Notes: generated by a model not told the origin, from the letters alone. A DNA stretch of 64,000 nucleotides from Acidimicrobiia bacterium (GCA_046598395.1 JBKJIQ010000047.1:81434-145433), one strand, 5' to 3'. Positions 54,372 through 63,055 are shown, counted from the first letter of the stretch. Made by a program: numbers and translations.

Positions 54372-55079
54372 ATGATCAAGCGCATCGGCTTCGTACGGCG
54401 TCACCCCAGCCTGGACGTCGAGGCATTCCATGCACGGTGGCGGGGTCAACACGCCGAACTGGTTGCCGCCAGTCCGGCGGCTCAGGGTCAGCTCCTCCGG
54501 TACGAACAGCACCGACGCACCGACCGCGATTATGAACGCGTCGAGTGCGGGTACGACGGAGTGGCGGTGCAGTGGTACGACTCATGGGAGGGCTTTCAAT
54601 CCATGCGCGAAGACCCGCGCCACGCCGCAGTCATCGATGACTCCCATGATCTCTTCAGCGAAGTGCTCGAAGTCTTCACCGAACCCGAGATGGAGGTCAT
54701 CGCCGGCCCGGCCCACCGAGGCGAGTCCATTACCAAGCTCATCTGCGGTGTCCGCCACAAAGCCGGGATGGAACTCGACGAGTTTCACCGCTACTGGTGG
54801 GAGACCCACGGCCCGCTCAACGCGGACACCCCGGCGGTCCGCAAGTATTTCATTCGTTACGAGCAGAACCATCGCCTCGCACAGGACTACTCCCGCCCGG
54901 AGTGCGATCTCGACGGCGTCACGATCGAGTGGTTTCGCAGTGCACGGGACTTCTTCGCAATGGCGGTCGACCCGGAAAGCCGCGATGTGATCCGCAACGA
55001 CGAGAGTAACTTCCTCGACCCCAATGGTCTGCTCTGGATGCTCACCGGGCCTGAGTACGTGGTGCTCGACCGACGCTGA
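54372..55079 (+). CDS. tandem EthD-domain protein
   Basis: The ATG at 54372 has GGAGG upstream. Two internally similar halves: IGFVRRHPSLDVEAFHARW...GVAVQWYDS and ICGVRHKAGMELDEFHRYW...GVTIEWFRS. Confidence 0.8.
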   Translation: MIKRIGFVRRHPSLDVEAFHARWRGQHAELVAASPAAQGQLLRYEQHRRTDRDYERVECGYDGVAVQWYDSWEGFQSMREDPRHAAVIDDSHDLFSEVLEVFTEPEMEVIAGPAHRGESITKLICGVRHKAGMELDEFHRYWWETHGPLNADTPAVRKYFIRYEQNHRLAQDYSRPECDLDGVTIEWFRSARDFFAMAVDPESRDVIRNDESNFLDPNGLLWMLTGPEYVVLDRR

Positions 55080-55164
55080 CCGTCCCGAGCTCACCTCCTC
55101 GACGTTTGTCGGATTGGGGGCGCTCACCGCCACCCATTCGACAGACGCCAGCCTGCGTCACGCG

Positions 55165-56202
55165 CTACAAGCAGAGTTCCGCCATCGTCTGGAGTGTGGG
55201 CGCGTCGCCGTAGAGCAGGATCTGGGTGACGCACGACTCGCGCCACATCTCGAGATCGTCACGGATCTTTTCCTTCGGACCGATCAGTGCGGTTTCCTCG
55301 ATGAGGGACTGCGGTACCGCCGCCGCGGCTTCGTCCTTCTTTCCCGCAAGATAGAGATCCTGGATCTCGCGGGTCTCGGCCTCATACCCCATGCGGGCGA
55401 AGACGTTGGCGTGGAAGTTCACCTCGCGCGCGCCCATGCCGCCGATATACAACGCCAGGACGGGACGCATGAAGCCGGCCGCTTCCTCGACGTCGTCGTG
55501 GATGATTACCGGCACCGTGGCCGCTACCGTGAAGTCGTCGGCGGTATGGCGAGCCCCGGGCCGAGCGAATCCTTCGGCCAGCGCCGCCCGGTAGAAGCCG
55601 TCGGCTTTGGGTGAGTAGTAGATAGCTAGCCAACCATCCGCGATCTCGCCGGTGAGCGCCACATTCTTGGGACCTTCGGCCGCGAGGTAGATCGGAAGGT
55701 CTTCGCGCCGCGGATGCGTGATCGAACGCACGGCCTTGCCCAGCCCGGTCCCGCCCGGATACGGCAACCTGTAGTGCTCGCCGGCGTAGGTCATCGGCTT
55801 CTCGCGAGCGAGAATCTGCCGAATGATCTCCACGTACTCGCGGGTGCGCGCCAGCGGCTTGGCGTAGGGCTGGCCGTACCACCCTTCCACGACCTGGGGC
55901 CCGGACGCACCGAGCCCGAGAATGAATCGACCGTTGGTGAGGTGGTCCATCGTGATCGCGGCCATCGCGGTGGCCGTGGGGGTACGGGCCGACATCTGCA
56001 CGATCGACGTTCCGAGTTGGATCCGTGAGGTCTGCGACCCCCACCAGGCGAGCGGTGTGAGTGCGTCAGATCCGTAGGCCTCCGCAGTCCACGCCGACGA
56101 GTACCCGAGTCGCTCCGCTTCGAGCAGCGTGTCCGCGATGCCGACCGGAGGCGCCGCGCCCCAATAGCCGATCATGAATCCGAGTTCGAGGTGCTTGGTC
56201 AT
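55165..56202 (-). CDS. LLM-class F420/flavin-dependent oxidoreductase
   Basis: The ATG at 56202 gives MTKHLELGFMIGYW.... Motifs: SAWTAEAYGSDA and DHLTNGRFILGLGASG. Confidence 0.88.
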   Translation of the reverse strand: MTKHLELGFMIGYWGAAPPVGIADTLLEAERLGYSSAWTAEAYGSDALTPLAWWGSQTSRIQLGTSIVQMSARTPTATAMAAITMDHLTNGRFILGLGASGPQVVEGWYGQPYAKPLARTREYVEIIRQILAREKPMTYAGEHYRLPYPGGTGLGKAVRSITHPRREDLPIYLAAEGPKNVALTGEIADGWLAIYYSPKADGFYRAALAEGFARPGARHTADDFTVAATVPVIIHDDVEEAAGFMRPVLALYIGGMGAREVNFHANVFARMGYEAETREIQDLYLAGKKDEAAAAVPQSLIEETALIGPKEKIRDDLEMWRESCVTQILLYGDAPTLQTMAELCL

Positions 56203-56222
56203 GGCGGCTGAGATTAGCGACG

Positions 56223-56981
56223 TCAGCTGCGTCGCGGCGCCAGCTCGACGCGGATCGATGCTCGCACTTCCTCGCCGACGAGAAACCACACCGCAAACTC
56301 CTCATCGGTCACGACCTCCGCGAGATCGCATTGTTCGCCGGGATCAACCCCCACGCCGAACTCGATTGTCGCGCGCACGACACTGTGCCCGGCCCCTGCA
56401 CCAGCGAGGAAGTCCTCCACGGGAACCCAGTAGAGCGCGTTGTTCACGTGGCCGAAGACATCGAAATCGGTGCTGCGCACGGCCCACGCAACGCGGGGTG
56501 CGTCCGAAAGTGGACTCGGATGGCTCAGCCTTGCGCTCACTTTGTTGGCGCGCACCGCATCGCCGTAGGCGACGAAGAACTCCTCCGGCAGCGACCGGGG
56601 CGCGCCCGTGTCCACACTGACGTAGACCCATACCGCACGCGCCGTCACCAACACACCTTGTTGCAGCGCAGTGCGGGTGTCGTTCAACTCGTGGCCGACG
56701 ATGGTGGTCGTGCGCTCGGCCCAGCGGCCACCCACACCGGTGCAACACGTGGTGATTTCGAGATCCTCGTAGATCGTGGGCAGCCGCGATATTTCGTAGG
56801 TCATCCGCCGGAGAATCCAGCCCCGACCATCGGGCAGATGAGCCTCCGCGGCGTCGTCGGCCGCGATGTCCTGGAGATACCGAGCGAATGCGTCCAGGCG
56901 TAGACGCCCTCCCATCGTCACGTCGCCCAGACGCACCCGCTGACCGGCAACAAACGCCCGACCATCACCGAGGTTGCTCAT
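56223..56981 (-). CDS. acyl-ACP thioesterase-like hotdog-fold protein
   Basis: 252 aa with two hotdog halves. The overall pattern (RVRLGDVTMGGRLRLDAFARYLQD..., STDFDVFGHVNNALYW) resembles the acyl-ACP thioesterase family. Confidence 0.7.
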   Translation of the reverse strand: MSNLGDGRAFVAGQRVRLGDVTMGGRLRLDAFARYLQDIAADDAAEAHLPDGRGWILRRMTYEISRLPTIYEDLEITTCCTGVGGRWAERTTTIVGHELNDTRTALQQGVLVTARAVWVYVSVDTGAPRSLPEEFFVAYGDAVRANKVSARLSHPSPLSDAPRVAWAVRSTDFDVFGHVNNALYWVPVEDFLAGAGAGHSVVRATIEFGVGVDPGEQCDLAEVVTDEEFAVWFLVGEEVRASIRVELAPRRS

Positions 56982-57541
56982 GGAAACACCCGCGCCAGCC
57001 CACGGACGAGCGCATCCACGTACCGCGGCTCACCGCGAGGACCGAGCCCGCGCACCCGTGGTGGCAGTTCGATCTGGATACCGCCACCACGAGGGAGATT
57101 CACCGGGTTCCGAGGATGGAGCCCCCGAAGCTCTCGCGGGATCTCGTCCACGTCGTCGATCACTTCGAAACCGTCGAGTTCCGCGCGCAACCGAGTCGAC
57201 GCCGACGCGGCGAAGGTTCGATTCGAGCCACCCACCAAGAGCCGGGTCCACGACCCCTCGCGCCCGTAACCGTGCAGCGACACCACGACGTCAACGTGGT
57301 CAAGAAATGCACGAAGGTTTGGAGCCACCTCGGGATCGTAGAGGTGGGATGGCACATGCCATCGCGAACCTTCGGGTTGCTCGACCGCGTAGAGCGACGC
57401 GCCAATCGCCTCGGCCGCCCGCCGTGCGACCTCGGCGGTGCCGCGCTCCAAGGACCCGCCGTGCAGCGCCATGAACCCAACGCCACTCCGCAGTTCACTG
57501 GTCTCCAACACGCCGGGTTGAGCCAGGAGATCGGCGATCAT
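56978..57541 (-). CDS. poly-gamma-glutamate hydrolase-like (UPF0714/PghP family) protein
   Basis: The ATG at 57541 gives MIADLLAQPGV.... Blocks MALHGGSLERGT, VVSLHGY and IQIELP resemble the PghP-type zinc hydrolase family. ATGA overlap with the downstream thioesterase-like gene. Confidence 0.65.
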   Translation of the reverse strand: MIADLLAQPGVLETSELRSGVGFMALHGGSLERGTAEVARRAAEAIGASLYAVEQPEGSRWHVPSHLYDPEVAPNLRAFLDHVDVVVSLHGYGREGSWTRLLVGGSNRTFAASASTRLRAELDGFEVIDDVDEIPRELRGLHPRNPVNLPRGGGIQIELPPRVRGLGPRGEPRYVDALVRGLARVFP

Positions 57542-57566
57542 CGTTGCGAACGAACGAACAGCGCGT

Positions 57567-57854
57567 TCACGCCCTGGCGCGGCTGCGACGGGCCTGCGAT
57601 GCGGCCGCATGCGTCGAGAGGTCGGCAATGAACGCGGCGACCACGAGGACCCACCCAAACCCCGACACACCGTTGACCCGCTGATAACAGAGCGTCCACG
57701 CCAACGTGGTCCACGGCATGAATATGAACCCGACGAACCCCATCCAGAAGTGCTGGAAGGCGATCCCCATGCGGTCGGTAAAGAAGAACACCACGGCGAT
57801 AGCCAGCCGCGGCGACATCATCGCGAAGAGCGCTACCAGACAGCCACAACCCAT
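57567..57854 (-). CDS. hypothetical small membrane protein
   Basis: 95 aa and strongly hydrophobic (AIAVVFFFTD, GFVGFIFMPWTTLAW, FGWVLVVAAFIADL). It ends 25 nt upstream of the PghP-like gene on the same strand. Confidence 0.55.
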   Translation of the reverse strand: MGCGCLVALFAMMSPRLAIAVVFFFTDRMGIAFQHFWMGFVGFIFMPWTTLAWTLCYQRVNGVSGFGWVLVVAAFIADLSTHAAASQARRSRARA

Positions 57855-57878
57855 GGGACCGAACCGTAGGCCCTCGGG

Positions 57879-58754
57879 CTACCCGAGTGCAGCTTCCAAG
57901 CGATCCAGTTCACGCGGATCGTCGGTCGTGGGCACCAGAACGAACTCGTCACAACCTGACTCCTCGAGCCCGGCAACGACATCCCGGAGCTTCACAGGAT
58001 CGTTCAAACAACACATCGACGCCATCGCGGCCGAGGCAGCATCGCCGAAGGACGATAAATAGTTCCGGGCGTACCCTTCGAGACGGTCGGCGGCGCCGTC
58101 GCCCAAGGCAAACCAGGTGGACGTGGCGAGCCACGGTCGCGTCTTCCGGCCGGCTTTCGTCCACGCGATTCGGACGGCATCAAACGTTCCCCGAACCGAA
58201 TCGATATCGGGCGCAAGATCGAAACCCGACAGTCCATCCGCCCACCGTGCCGAACGCGCCAACGATTTGGGCCCCATCGAAGCCGTCAGAATCGGTGGAC
58301 CACCCGGTTGCACCGGGGTCGGACCAATCGGTGGGATCCCTTCGACCACGACGTCGCCACGCCACACCGCGCGCATGGTCTCGACCTGTTCGTCCAGCTT
58401 CGCAAACCGGGCAGTGGTTTCCGCACCGACTGCCGCGTAGTCCTGGTCGCGTCCTCCCACGCCGACTCCGAGGGTCAGACGACCCTCGGACAACACGTCG
58501 ATGGTGGCAGCTTGCTTCGCCAGGCGTACCGCATCATGAGTGGGAAGCACCACGATGGTGGAAACAAGACGCACCCGCCGCGTGGCGGCGGCCGCAAACG
58601 CGAGTGAGCTGACGAGTTCGTGGCTCGGATAGGCCACTCGTTCACCAACCGCCACGCTTGCGTACGGACCGTCGTCGATTCGCCGACACCATTCTCGGAT
58701 GGCAGGACCGTCCACGCCTACCACAAACGAGGGCAGCGTCATCCCCAACAACAT
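57879..58754 (-). CDS. LLM-class flavin/F420-dependent oxidoreductase
   Basis: 291 aa. Motif IDVLSEGRLTLGVGVGG. Confidence 0.85.
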   Translation of the reverse strand: MLLGMTLPSFVVGVDGPAIREWCRRIDDGPYASVAVGERVAYPSHELVSSLAFAAAATRRVRLVSTIVVLPTHDAVRLAKQAATIDVLSEGRLTLGVGVGGRDQDYAAVGAETTARFAKLDEQVETMRAVWRGDVVVEGIPPIGPTPVQPGGPPILTASMGPKSLARSARWADGLSGFDLAPDIDSVRGTFDAVRIAWTKAGRKTRPWLATSTWFALGDGAADRLEGYARNYLSSFGDAASAAMASMCCLNDPVKLRDVVAGLEESGCDEFVLVPTTDDPRELDRLEAALG

Positions 58755-58762
58755 GGTGGCGG

Positions 58763-60010
58763 TCAGGCGTTCTTGGGGATTTCCCGGAACGGCGCGCCCT
58801 TGTGCGGGTCGGGTTCCTTGGGGAGCCCGAGCGCTCGCTCGCCGATGATGTTGCGTTGCACCTGGTCGGTGCCGCCGTAAATCGACGGGCCGGGCGAAAA
58901 CAACACCATTTCCTGTTGGATCCCGCCGCTCATGCTGTCTTTGCCCATGACCGCCAAGTGGGGCCCGAGGACCCGGGTCGCAAGTTCACGATTGAGCCGC
59001 AAGATATCGCTCATCATCAGCTTCGCCAGGTTCGGTGCCGCTGCACTCGCGCCACCGCTGCGCATGCGCAGACTGGAGTACTTCCCGATCTGCTGCAAGG
59101 TCCAGAGTTTGGCGATCCCTTGGCGCAGGACCGCGTCATCGAGCGTCCCGTTTTCTCGGGCCAGCTCAATGATCCGCTGTGCCATTCCGCCGCCACCGCC
59201 GCCGGTACCACCGGTGCGGACCTGCCCAACGGTGTCGCCGACCCGCAATCCGAGCTGCTTCGCGAGCGGTCCGGGAAACGCCGAGCCCGCTCCACCACTC
59301 CCGCCGCTTCCGAGCCCGGCGCGTTCGGCCGCGAGGGTGGTGTTCGCCACCGCCCATCCGTTGTTGAGCCCGCCGATCATGTTCGCGTCGGGAACTCGGG
59401 CGCCGTCGAGGAAGACCTCGTTGAACATGGCGCGGCCGGTCATCTCCTTCAGCGGCCGGATCTCGATGCCGGGTTGATCCATTTCGATCCCGAAATAGGT
59501 GATCCCCGTGTGCTTCGGCGAGTCCGGATCGGTGCGCGCGATCAGCATGCCCATATTGCAGGTCTGTGCGGTTGAGGTCCACACCTTCTGGCCGGTGATG
59601 ACCCACTCGTCGCCATCCCGCTCGGCTTTGCACTGCAACCCCGCAAGGTCCGAACCCGCGCCCGGCTCGCTGAACAGCTGACACCAGGCGTCGGAGCCGT
59701 TCAAAATGCGCGCGAGCCAGACGTCTTTCTGCTCGCGCGATGCGTGCGCAACCAGCGTGGGCGCGGCCAAGAGGTAACCCAGCCCCGCGGGCGGACCGAC
59801 CGCGCCGGCCGCCGCCAACTCCTCGTTGACCACATTGGCGAGCGCACGGCTGTACCCGCGTCCGAAGTCGGCCTCAGGGAACGTGGGTGCCGCGTACCCC
59901 GATGCTCCGAGGAGCTCCCACCACTGCGCAACCGTGAGGTCGGGATCCCAGTTCTGCTCGATCCAAGCGCGCACTTCATCGCGGACGGCTTCAGGTGTGA
60001 TCGATGCCAT
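58763..60010 (-). CDS. acyl-CoA dehydrogenase
   Basis: 415 aa. The ATG has GGAGGA upstream. Contains QLFSEPGAGSDLAGL and DEWVITGQKVWTS, plus the C-terminal IYGGTDQVQRNIIGERALGLP. Confidence 0.92.
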   Translation of the reverse strand: MASITPEAVRDEVRAWIEQNWDPDLTVAQWWELLGASGYAAPTFPEADFGRGYSRALANVVNEELAAAGAVGPPAGLGYLLAAPTLVAHASREQKDVWLARILNGSDAWCQLFSEPGAGSDLAGLQCKAERDGDEWVITGQKVWTSTAQTCNMGMLIARTDPDSPKHTGITYFGIEMDQPGIEIRPLKEMTGRAMFNEVFLDGARVPDANMIGGLNNGWAVANTTLAAERAGLGSGGSGGAGSAFPGPLAKQLGLRVGDTVGQVRTGGTGGGGGGMAQRIIELARENGTLDDAVLRQGIAKLWTLQQIGKYSSLRMRSGGASAAAPNLAKLMMSDILRLNRELATRVLGPHLAVMGKDSMSGGIQQEMVLFSPGPSIYGGTDQVQRNIIGERALGLPKEPDPHKGAPFREIPKNA

Positions 60011-60064
60011 GAAATCCTCCGGTGGCGAGTGTTCAGCGACGAACGTTTCGAAACAAGCAAACTG

Positions 60065-60406
60065 TTAGAGCAGGTCGAGCATCTTTTCGGGGGGCCGGGC
60101 AATGACACCGCGATCACCGACGATGACGACTGGGCGTTCCATGAGCTCGGGATGCTCCAGCAACAACTCCACCACCTGATCCCGACTGATGTAATCGTTG
60201 GCGACGAGCCCGAGATCCTTGAACCGGTTGTCTTTGCGGACCAGGTCGGCAGGCTGCTCCGCTATCACATCGACGATCCGTTCGAGGGTGGCACGGTCGG
60301 GCGGCGTCTTGAGGTACTCGGTCACGGTCGCATCCACATGGTGGTCGGATGCAATACCCATCGCCCCGCGCGACTTGGAGCACGACGGGTTGTGAAAGAT
60401 CTGCAT
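60065..60406 (-). CDS. ArsC-family (arsenate reductase / Spx-like fold) protein
   Basis: The ATG at 60406 gives MQIFHNPSCSKSR..., the N-terminal Cys motif of the ArsC family. 113 aa. Confidence 0.8.
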   Translation of the reverse strand: MQIFHNPSCSKSRGAMGIASDHHVDATVTEYLKTPPDRATLERIVDVIAEQPADLVRKDNRFKDLGLVANDYISRDQVVELLLEHPELMERPVVIVGDRGVIARPPEKMLDLL

Positions 60407-60425
60407 TTCGGTCACGGCCGTGAGG

Positions 60426-61121
60426 CTAATCCCGAGATTCGGATGCGAGCCGGTCCAGCGCGGTCGCGAGGCGCGCGACCTCCGCTTCCAGGGCGGCCAC
60501 TCGGCCGAGCAACGCACCCACGTTCGTGACCTCCGCCACATCGGAAGGCGCAGAGCTAGCCGCAGTCACCCGGTCGCCGGTCGTCGCGGTCGTCGCGGTC
60601 GTCGCGGTCGTCGCGGTCGTCGCGGTCGTCGCGGTCGAGAGGCACTCGCGCCAGCGTGATTCTTTGTGGCCCGGTTCCCGGTGGAGCTGTTCGACCAGCG
60701 GACCGTCCTCATGCAGGGCCAGGCGACCCAACGCCTCGTCGAGCGATTCAAGGGTGGCGAATGCGTACAGCCTCTCCGTGCGCGCCTTGAGCTCTCCGGG
60801 CGTCTGGGCGCCTCGCAGGAGGAGGACACAAAGCAGTGCCAGCTCTGGCTTTCCCATCGGCAACGCCCGAGCCAGAAGTTCTGAGTACTTGATCGCCCGT
60901 CCACCGAGCGGCTTCTCTCGCCGGACCAGTTCGAGTGTTCGCAGCTCGTCGAGCCCGGCCTCGACGGTGGCTCCGCTGTAGCTCACCACTGGCGCACGGT
61001 TGGTCGACTGATTGCAAGCGCTCATGAGTGCGTTCAGGCTCAGGGGGTACTGATCCGGCGTCGTGCGTCCCTTCTCCAGCAGACATCCCAATATCCGTGC
61101 GGCCACCGACGAAATCTCCAT
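60426..61121 (-). CDS. yceH: YceH / DUF480 (UPF0502) family protein with an internal (TAT)6 repeat
   Basis: The ATG at 61121 gives MEISSVAARILGCLLEKGRTTPDQYPLSLNAL...LLLRGAQTPGELK...REPGHKESRW, colinear with what I recall of E. coli YceH. A C-terminal coiled-coil-like LLGRVAALEAEVARL is also present. Confidence 0.85.
   Translation of the reverse strand: MEISSVAARILGCLLEKGRTTPDQYPLSLNALMSACNQSTNRAPVVSYSGATVEAGLDELRTLELVRREKPLGGRAIKYSELLARALPMGKPELALLCVLLLRGAQTPGELKARTERLYAFATLESLDEALGRLALHEDGPLVEQLHREPGHKESRWRECLSTATTATTATTATTATTATTGDRVTAASSAPSDVAEVTNVGALLGRVAALEAEVARLATALDRLASESRD
60579..60632. repeat. six perfect tandem copies of the 9-bp unit ggtcgtcgc (in-frame within yceH)
   Basis: Read directly: units at 60579, 60588, 60597, 60606, 60615 and 60624, with partial copies on both flanks. 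On the minus strand it encodes TATTATTATTATTATTAT. Confidence 0.95.
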
Positions 61122-61165
61122 CCCCGGCAAGCTAGCTATCCAGCGGCGCGGATACATTTTCCACG

Positions 61166-62299
61166 ATGACTGAATCAACTTCCCGCCAGTTTCTGGGCCG
61201 CGACGATGTCAACGACATCGAATCGATTATCAGAGACGACGCCCGAGATTTCGGGACCGAGCACCACACCACGACCGCGCGCGGCGACACCATCTTCACG
61301 TGGGACTACACCCGCACCCGTGAGGGTCTCGGCAAGCTCTACGAGAAGGCCAAGACGTCGCAGTGGAACGGCTCCACCGAACTCGACTGGTCCATCGACG
61401 TCGACATCGAGCAGGTCGCACGGGAGATGTCCGGCGCGGTGAGCTTCTTCCAACAGCGAATGACCGATGTTGACGGTTCACCGGTGCGCAAGTGGGGCGA
61501 CGCCGAGTGGCTGCAGTTCCAAATGGAAGCGTTCAACTGGCGGATGAGCCAGTTCCTGCACGGCGAACAAGGAGCCCTGCTCTGCACCGCGAAGATCGTG
61601 GTCACCACTCCGTGGATCGATGCGAAGTACTACGCGGCCACCCAGGTCATGGACGAAGCGCGACACGTCGAAGTGTTCGCGCGTTATCTCGACGAAAAGC
61701 TCGACGGCCACTACCCCGTCAACCCGAACCTGCAGCTGCTCATCGACGACGTGCTCGGTGACTCGCGTTGGGACATGACCTACATGGGCATGCAGATCAT
61801 GATCGAAGGCCTGGCCCTCGCCGCGTTCGGCTTCATGCACCACATCACCCAAGAGCCACTCCTCAAGAAGTTGCTCCGCTACGTAATGAGCGACGAAGCC
61901 CGTCACGTTGCCTTCGGTGTGTTGTCGCTCCAGGAGTACTACCAAGGCCTGTCATCCGCAGAGCTTCGCGAGCGCCAAGAGTTCGCGTTCGAGGCGGCGA
62001 TTCGAATGCGCGACCGGTTGATGATGCAGGCCGTGTGGGAACGCATGGGGATCGATCGCCGCACCATCACCGAGACGATGTTCCGCCTCCGCGCCGAAGG
62101 CGGTAACCCATTCCAGGCCGCACTGTTCTCCAAGATCGTGCCGAACTGCAAGAAGCTCGGCCTGCTCGACGCGGGCGACGGCTGGCTGCGCGATCGATTC
62201 ACCGAGATCGGCGTCATCGAGTACGAGGACGCCATGGACACCGGCGAGGAATACGCGATGCTCGACCTCGTCACCGCCGACCGGGCGGCCGTCAGCTGA
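61166..62299 (+). CDS. ferritin-like diiron-carboxylate protein (putative oxygenase)
   Basis: 377 aa. Two DEARH (ExxH) motifs (DEARHVEVF, DEARHVAFG), plus upstream Glu-containing helices (HGEQGAL, MIEGLALAAF). Confidence 0.78.
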   Translation: MTESTSRQFLGRDDVNDIESIIRDDARDFGTEHHTTTARGDTIFTWDYTRTREGLGKLYEKAKTSQWNGSTELDWSIDVDIEQVAREMSGAVSFFQQRMTDVDGSPVRKWGDAEWLQFQMEAFNWRMSQFLHGEQGALLCTAKIVVTTPWIDAKYYAATQVMDEARHVEVFARYLDEKLDGHYPVNPNLQLLIDDVLGDSRWDMTYMGMQIMIEGLALAAFGFMHHITQEPLLKKLLRYVMSDEARHVAFGVLSLQEYYQGLSSAELRERQEFAFEAAIRMRDRLMMQAVWERMGIDRRTITETMFRLRAEGGNPFQAALFSKIVPNCKKLGLLDAGDGWLRDRFTEIGVIEYEDAMDTGEEYAMLDLVTADRAAVS

Positions 62300-62978
62300 C
62301 GCCGTTCGCGTCCGTAGAGTCCGGCCACGCAACGTCGAGGCCGAGCGCGTGTCCCAGCCGCTCCTGGTACACGGCGCGAGAGATTGTCACAGCACCGAGC
62401 GAGGCGAGGTGCGGTGTCGCCCACTGCACATCGAACACCGCGGCTCCGATGCTGCGGAGCTGATCCACGGTCCCAGCCAACGCCACCTTGGACGCGTCAG
62501 TGACCCGATGAAACATCGACTCCCCGGCGAACAGACCGTTGATCGCCACACCGTACAGACCGCCCACGAGTTCCCCGGCGCGCCAGGTTTCCACGCTGTG
62601 GGCCCATCCGAGTTGGTGGAGCCTCGTGTAGGCGGTCACAAACTCTTCGTCGATCCAACCGTGCGGGCGGCGCGGATCGCCACACCCACGCATGACCGCC
62701 TCGAACGAGGTATCGAGACGGATCTCGAAGTCTCCGAGACGCCGTCGTAACGACCGGCTCACGTGAAGCCCGTCGAGCGGGATGATCCCTCGCTCAACCG
62801 GCGACCACCAACCGAGCCGTCGCCGTCGGCCGACGCGCATCGGGAACAACCCGGCTCGATACGCCGCGAGCAGCGTTCCCGGTTCGAGGTCCGCCCCCAC
62901 GCCCGCCACATCGCCATCCCCGGCTGCCTCCGGATCGGGTAATGCCCACGCCGATGGCGGCGGCTCAAACGGTCTCAT
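62292..62978 (-). CDS. aat: leucyl/phenylalanyl-tRNA--protein transferase
   Basis: The ATG at 62978 gives MRPFEPPPS.... Contains LLAAYRAGLFPM, WWSP.RGIIPL, GGLYGV..G..F.GESMFH and VFDVQW, typical of Aat. Confidence 0.9.
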   Translation of the reverse strand: MRPFEPPPSAWALPDPEAAGDGDVAGVGADLEPGTLLAAYRAGLFPMRVGRRRRLGWWSPVERGIIPLDGLHVSRSLRRRLGDFEIRLDTSFEAVMRGCGDPRRPHGWIDEEFVTAYTRLHQLGWAHSVETWRAGELVGGLYGVAINGLFAGESMFHRVTDASKVALAGTVDQLRSIGAAVFDVQWATPHLASLGAVTISRAVYQERLGHALGLDVAWPDSTDANGVS

Positions 62979-63020
62979 CACTCTTCCGAGTCTCCCCCAC
63001 GAACCGCGCGGCTCGGGCCG

Positions 63021-63055
63021 CGTGGCGTCACGGCGCGTGGCGTCACGGCGCGTGG
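63021..63055. repeat. 15-bp tandem direct repeat cgtggcgtcacggcg, 2.3 copies, intergenic
   Basis: Units at 63021..63035 and 63036..63050 are identical, and cgtgg repeats again at 63051..63055. It lies between the gltD stop (63056) and the aat start (62978). Confidence 0.9.

Noticed and set aside
60579-60632. Possible CRISPR array or mobile-element repeat
   Set aside because: The 9-bp units are contiguous without spacers and lie in frame inside yceH. There are no cas genes. It is a coding microsatellite, not a CRISPR array.
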